NCBI GenBank assembly: GCA_002269645.1
Contig: NIVC01002360.1
Location: 62,001-126,000 of the forward strand
Direction: 5' to 3'
Source: Macrostomum lignano
Lineage: Eukaryota
DNA length: 64,000 nt
Within the stretch, counting starts at the first letter, position 1. Each line of letters starts with the position of its first letter. A program made the position numbers and the translations under genes. The notes beneath the pieces are model-generated. The model had not been told where the DNA came from, did not search any database, and was given only the letters and a program-made list of their open reading frames with translations. Shown here piece by piece: positions 59,901 to 64,000 of this stretch.

Positions 59901-62900
59901 GACTGGGACCTGTTCCAGCGGACCCTCGACCAGGCCCTGGCCAGCTGGCCGGAGCGCCCCCCACGCACGGTGCCCGTCGCCGCCAACCGGTTCGCGTCCG
60001 CCGTCACCAGCGCCGCCAAGGCGGCCATCCCGAGAGGCTGCCGGCGCGCCCCGATCGCCTGGTGGTGCCCGGAAGCCGAGGCGGCCTGCACCGCCCGCCG
60101 CGCGGCGCTCGAAGCGCTTCGCGCGAGCCCGGACGACCCGGCGCTCTCGGCCGCGTACCAGGCTGCTGCCGCCGCGGCTGCTCACGCCATCTGCCGCGCC
60201 AAGGAGTCGCTGTGGCGTGATTTCATCACTGACCCCGGCCACGACCTGTGTTCCGCCGACCTCTGGCGGATCATCCGGGCCCTCGACGGACGGTCCCAGG
60301 GCACCCCCTCGTCGGCTGCCATCCAGGGCTCCACGGGGGCACCGGCCGTCTCCGACAAACAGAAGGCCGCGCTTTTCTGCCGGGAGTACGCCGCCGTCAG
60401 CAGGCTCCCCAAGAACAAGGCGGAAGACCGGCCGGTCATCCAAGAAGCCCGTCACACGCTCCGCGCCCCCTGCAGCTGCCAAGGCCTCCGCAGCGGCCCC
60501 TGCTCCGACTTCCAGCCCGACGCCCTCCGCCGCGCCTTGGTGCGCCTGCCGGACCGCTCGGCCCCGGGACCGGACGGGGTCGCGAACATCATGCTGAAGC
60601 ATCTGTCCGACCTAGGGCTCCGCTGCCTCCTGGACCTCCTGAACCTCTCGTGGAGGACGGGGGAGGTGCCCGCCCCGTGGCGCCTTGCGGAGATCCGCCC
60701 GATCCCCAAATCGGACAAGCCAGCCGGCCTAACATCCAGCTTCCGCCCTATCAGCCTCCTCAGCTGCCTGGGCAAGCTCGCCGAGAAGATGGTGAACGAG
60801 CGGCTGTCCTACATCCTCGAGGCAAATGACGCTCTCCACCCGTCGCAAGCCGGTTTCCGTCAGGGCCGCTCCACGGAGGAGCACATCGCCGCGGCGGCCC
60901 AGTACATTTTTGACGGTTTCCAGGCCAAGAAGCCGGCAGCCCGCACCGCTCTGCTCCTTGCAGACTTCTCCAGAGCCTACGACCGCGTCTGGAGAGCCGC
61001 CCTCATCGTCAAGCTCGGTCGGAAGGGGATCCCCACGTGCCTCATCCGCTGGCTCAAGGGATTTCTCTCCGACAGGAGGGCCTTCGTGCGGTGGGTTCGT
61101 GCGGCCTGCAAGCCAACCGTGTTCTCCGAGGGGCTGCCGCAGGGGTCGGTCCTCGCCCCGATCCTGTGGGTGATCTACATGGACGACCTCCTGGACGGCG
61201 CCCCCACGAACTGCCTCACGCTGGCGTACGCCGACGACAGCACCTTCGGCGCGCAAGGGACCACCCCTCGGGAGTGTGAGCGGGCCCTGCAACCGGCGGC
61301 CGACTGGCTCGTGCGCTGGTCCCAAACCTGGAAGGTGGACCTGAGCCGCACCAAGTCGGTCGTCGCTTTCTTCTCGCTCGACCCCCGGGAGGTCAACGGA
61401 AAGGTCCAGCCGCGCATCCTCCTCGGCGACTCGCCAGCTCCGTTCGAGCTGCATCCGAGGCTCCTGGGAGTGCACCTCGACTCCCAGCTGACCTTCCGCC
61501 ACCACGCCGAGCTCCGGCGCCGCGCCCTCCAGCAGCGCACCGGCGTCCTACGCTGCCTCGCGGGCCGCGACTGGGGCCAGGACGGCCAGCGCCTCGCCCA
61601 GCTCTACCGCACCTACGCGGAGGCGGCCGCGCTCCACGGCGCCTCCACGTGGCTCACCTTCGCGTCCGACTCCTGCCGGGACGAAGTCGAGATTGCGCAC
61701 CGATCGGCCGCCCGCGTCATCACTGGCTGCTGCCGCTCGACCGCCATTGGCGCCCTCATGGCTGAGGCCGACCTCGTGCCCCTGGCGACCAGAGCGGAGG
61801 CGGCAGGCGCAGCCCTGTTCGAGCGAGCCCTCCGTCACCGACAACCGACTCCGCTCCGCGCTGCAGCGGGCAAGACCTCTACGCCCCGCTTGCGCGCTCA
61901 CGGGGAGCCTGGGGCCTTCCGCAGGAACTGGCGCGACTCGGCGCAGCACCTGAGCGCCGCCGCCGGCCTGGCCACCCTCCCCCGGGAGCAGGAGAACCTC
62001 CCTCCGCCGCCATGGTCCGACACCAGCCGGGTCACCATCCGCTGCGACCTCCTGACCGCGACCTCCCGAGAGGAGGCGCCCCACGTCAGAAAGCTGGCCG
62101 CGCTGGAGACGCTGGCGAGCCTCCCGCCCGCCGACCTGGAGCTCTGGACAGACGGTTCAGCCTCCGGGGGCACCCTCAACGGCGGAGCGGGGGCGGTCAT
62201 CTTCAGCAAGACCGCGCCGCCAGTCCACCTGTCGCAGGCTGCGGGCCGTTACTCTTCCTCCTTCCGTGCCGAGGAGTCGGCTCTCCGGCTGGGGCTTCAG
62301 CACGTCGCCTCCAGGCCGGACCTTGCCTCCCTGAGCGGCCTCCGCTGCCTGACGGACTCGCAGTCCCTGCTCCGAGCCCTCGAGAAGGGACCGTCCAAGT
62401 CCTCCTCGCCAGCGTGCCGGGAGATCTGGACGCTGCTGACCCACGTCGCCGCCCGCTTCCCAATCTGGCTGCAATGGGTCCCCAGCCACTGCGACCTCCG
62501 GCGGAACGATGCTGCGGACGTCACCGCCAAGACCGCGGCCGGCCTCCCCCAGAACGAGACGCCGATCGACTTCGGGTCAGCGCGGGCCGCCCTCCGCCGG
62601 GTCCTCGCCGAGCGCACCCGCGAAGCCAACGCGGCCGACCCGCACTGCGCCACCACCGTCTGGCAACCGCCATCGCCGCCCCGCGGCCACGCCTTAACCG
62701 GGCCGACGCGGTGACCCTCGCCCAGCTGCGCACGGGCCACTCACCGCTCCTGCGCTGGTATCGGCACCGGATCGGCCTGGACACCGCCGCCACCTGCCCC
62801 CGCTGCGGGGCCGCCGACGAAGACGTGGCCCACGTCCTCCTGCACTGCCGGGCCCTTGACGACCTTCGGGCCTGCACCCTAGGGCCAAACCCGTCCCTGG

Positions 62901-63181
62901 CCGTCCTCTCGACGGACGGCCTCCGCGCGCTCGATTTCCTCCGCACGGTAGGGGCGCAGACACGCCCCCCGGATCCAACCGGCCGGGAGTAACAACAACA
63001 ACAACCTGTCTTCCGGCTCGGCTTCGGGCTTGGCCGTTGGCTTAGCAGGCTTCGTGGACTGGACTAGTCGGCTGCGCTGATCATTCTTCACCGTCGCTAG
63101 AATCTCGCTAACTTGGCTCGTTAGAAGACTGACGAATCCAGCATGGGAATCAGCCAAAGTAGCTAAGTAGGCATCAAGGAT
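56918..63181 (-). CDS. Ulp1/SENP-like (peptidase C48) cysteine protease + PHD finger; 5' part beyond the window. Exons 63181-63004 joined to 58558-58518 (split by the LINE), 57987-57836, 57672-57369, 57034-56918
   Basis: GT-AG introns with phases 0, 2, 0. Catalytic motifs NHFMLLWIDL...ILDPLG and PLQSDGDSCGIYCC. PHD: CFRC...W|IFCDSCRLWAHIQC...WFCDFC (C4HC3). Removing the LINE and one TSD copy restores a 219-nt in-frame exon. Confidence 0.85.
58572..63003 (+). mobile_element. Near-full-length Ingi-like non-LTR retrotransposon, 4432 bp
   Basis: 13-bp TSD ACCTGTCTTCCGG (58559-58571, 63004-63016) and an (AAC)n tail that begins at the ORF stop codon. Confidence 0.92.
58614..62992 (+). CDS. LINE polyprotein: 2A-like peptide - PHD - AP endonuclease - RT - RNase H - zinc knuckle; one frameshift at ~62690
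   Basis: 2A: LLLRAGDIESNPGP. PHD: CGGC...CSDCGLWWHRRC...WHCPTC. APE: QLNAAGL, IQET, GDFNAHH, SDHLPI. RT: FRPISLL, GLPQGSVLAP, YADD. RNase H: WTDGS, LTDSQS, WVPSHC. Knuckle: CPRCGAADEDVAHVLLHC, in the shifted frame. Confidence 0.93.
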
Positions 63182-63214
63182 CTGGGTGTGGTTGTGAAGT
63201 GAAAGGTGAAGTGA

Positions 63215-63457
63215 AATTACCGCATCGATGGGGCTTAATAAATCAAATTAAATTAATGTCGGGAAATCCCGCATCGAATCCCGCATCAATTACCGCATCG
63301 ATGGGGCTTAACAAATCAAATTAAATTAATGTCGGGAAATCCCGCATCGAATCCCGCATCAATTACCGCATCGATGGGGCTTAACAAATCAAATTAAATT
63401 AATGTCGGGAAATCCCGCATCGAATCCCGCATCAATTCATCATCAATTCCCGCATCA
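63215..63457 (-). repeat. 73-bp tandem repeat, about 3 copies, reverse complement of the 52.5-kb array
   Basis: AATTACCGCATCGATGGGGCTTAACAAATCAAATTAAATTAATGTCGGGAAATCCCGCATCGAATCCCGCATC units. Confidence 0.92.
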
Positions 63458-63533
63458 AAGGTTCATAATAGCCAGCTAATCATATTTAAAAATTCAACCA
63501 TAAACTTTGCCTTTAATATTTGTAAGTCCATAG

Positions 63534-63712
63534 CAGGGACTACTCAAACACCGGGACGGGAAACTAGGAATTTTTTACGAGGCTGGTCTTTTATCAGCAG
63601 TAGAAAATAACCATAGACAACAAAGTAACACAGCATCTCTCTAATGCAAATAATTGCTAGCCAGCCTCGTAAAAAATTTTAGTTTCCCGTCCCGGTGTTT
63701 GAGTAGTCCCTG
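63534..63712. mobile_element. 179-bp hAT MITE
   Basis: TIRs begin CAGGGACTACTCAAACACCGGGACGGGAAACTA. The 8-bp TSD GTCCATAG is perfect (63526-63533, 63713-63720). Confidence 0.92.
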
Positions 63713-64000
63713 GTCCATAGCTTATAACTTTTCTTTTCTCAATAGAAATTTAAAATTTATATTATTTTTCTTAAAAAGATTTCAAGAAACAAAATTATGC
63801 TTGCTAAAAAAGACATGGTATTATTAAACTCATTTTGGTTTTGCATAACTCGTAATATATAATTTTTTAAATTAGCTTTACAAGCTATTGTCTATACTTT
63901 CATTTTTATTTTTTTAAAAATCTTTTTGTTTGCTAGTAGACAAAATGACCTTGCACTAATATTTTAGCCACTATGTTAGGTTGGCAATTTGTCTACCTTT

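Overview
Eukaryotic, metazoan invertebrate DNA. GC-rich exons sit among minisatellite-filled introns and nested transposons. This style resembles a Macrostomum-type flatworm assembly, which is an inference. Genes assembled by hand from splice sites and reading phase: the end of a doublecortin-domain protein (+); a complete 3-exon CaaX-type complexin (-); a multi-PDZ protein (+); a 5-exon, 94-aa secreted neuropeptide-like precursor absent from the ORF track (-); a 2-exon class A peptide GPCR (+); a 4-exon GT32/DXD glycosyltransferase (+); and a spliced Ulp1/SENP-like protease + PHD finger gene (-). One exon of that last gene is split by a 4.4-kb Ingi-like LINE carrying 2A peptide, PHD, APE, RT and RNase H, with a 13-bp TSD. 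Other mobile DNA: a dead piggyBac split by a LINE fragment; two Crypton-like tyrosine-recombinase fragments next to a loxP-like 12-8-12 dyad; a 3.3-kb CAC...GTG element (Chapaev-like, 370-bp TIRs, 4-bp TSD) nested in a mariner; a Gypsy gag-protease remnant; a tRNA-SINE; and three MITEs. More than 20 distinct tandem-repeat arrays are present. Most long ORFs in the supplied track are repeat artefacts. All family assignments come from motif recognition, with no database search run.
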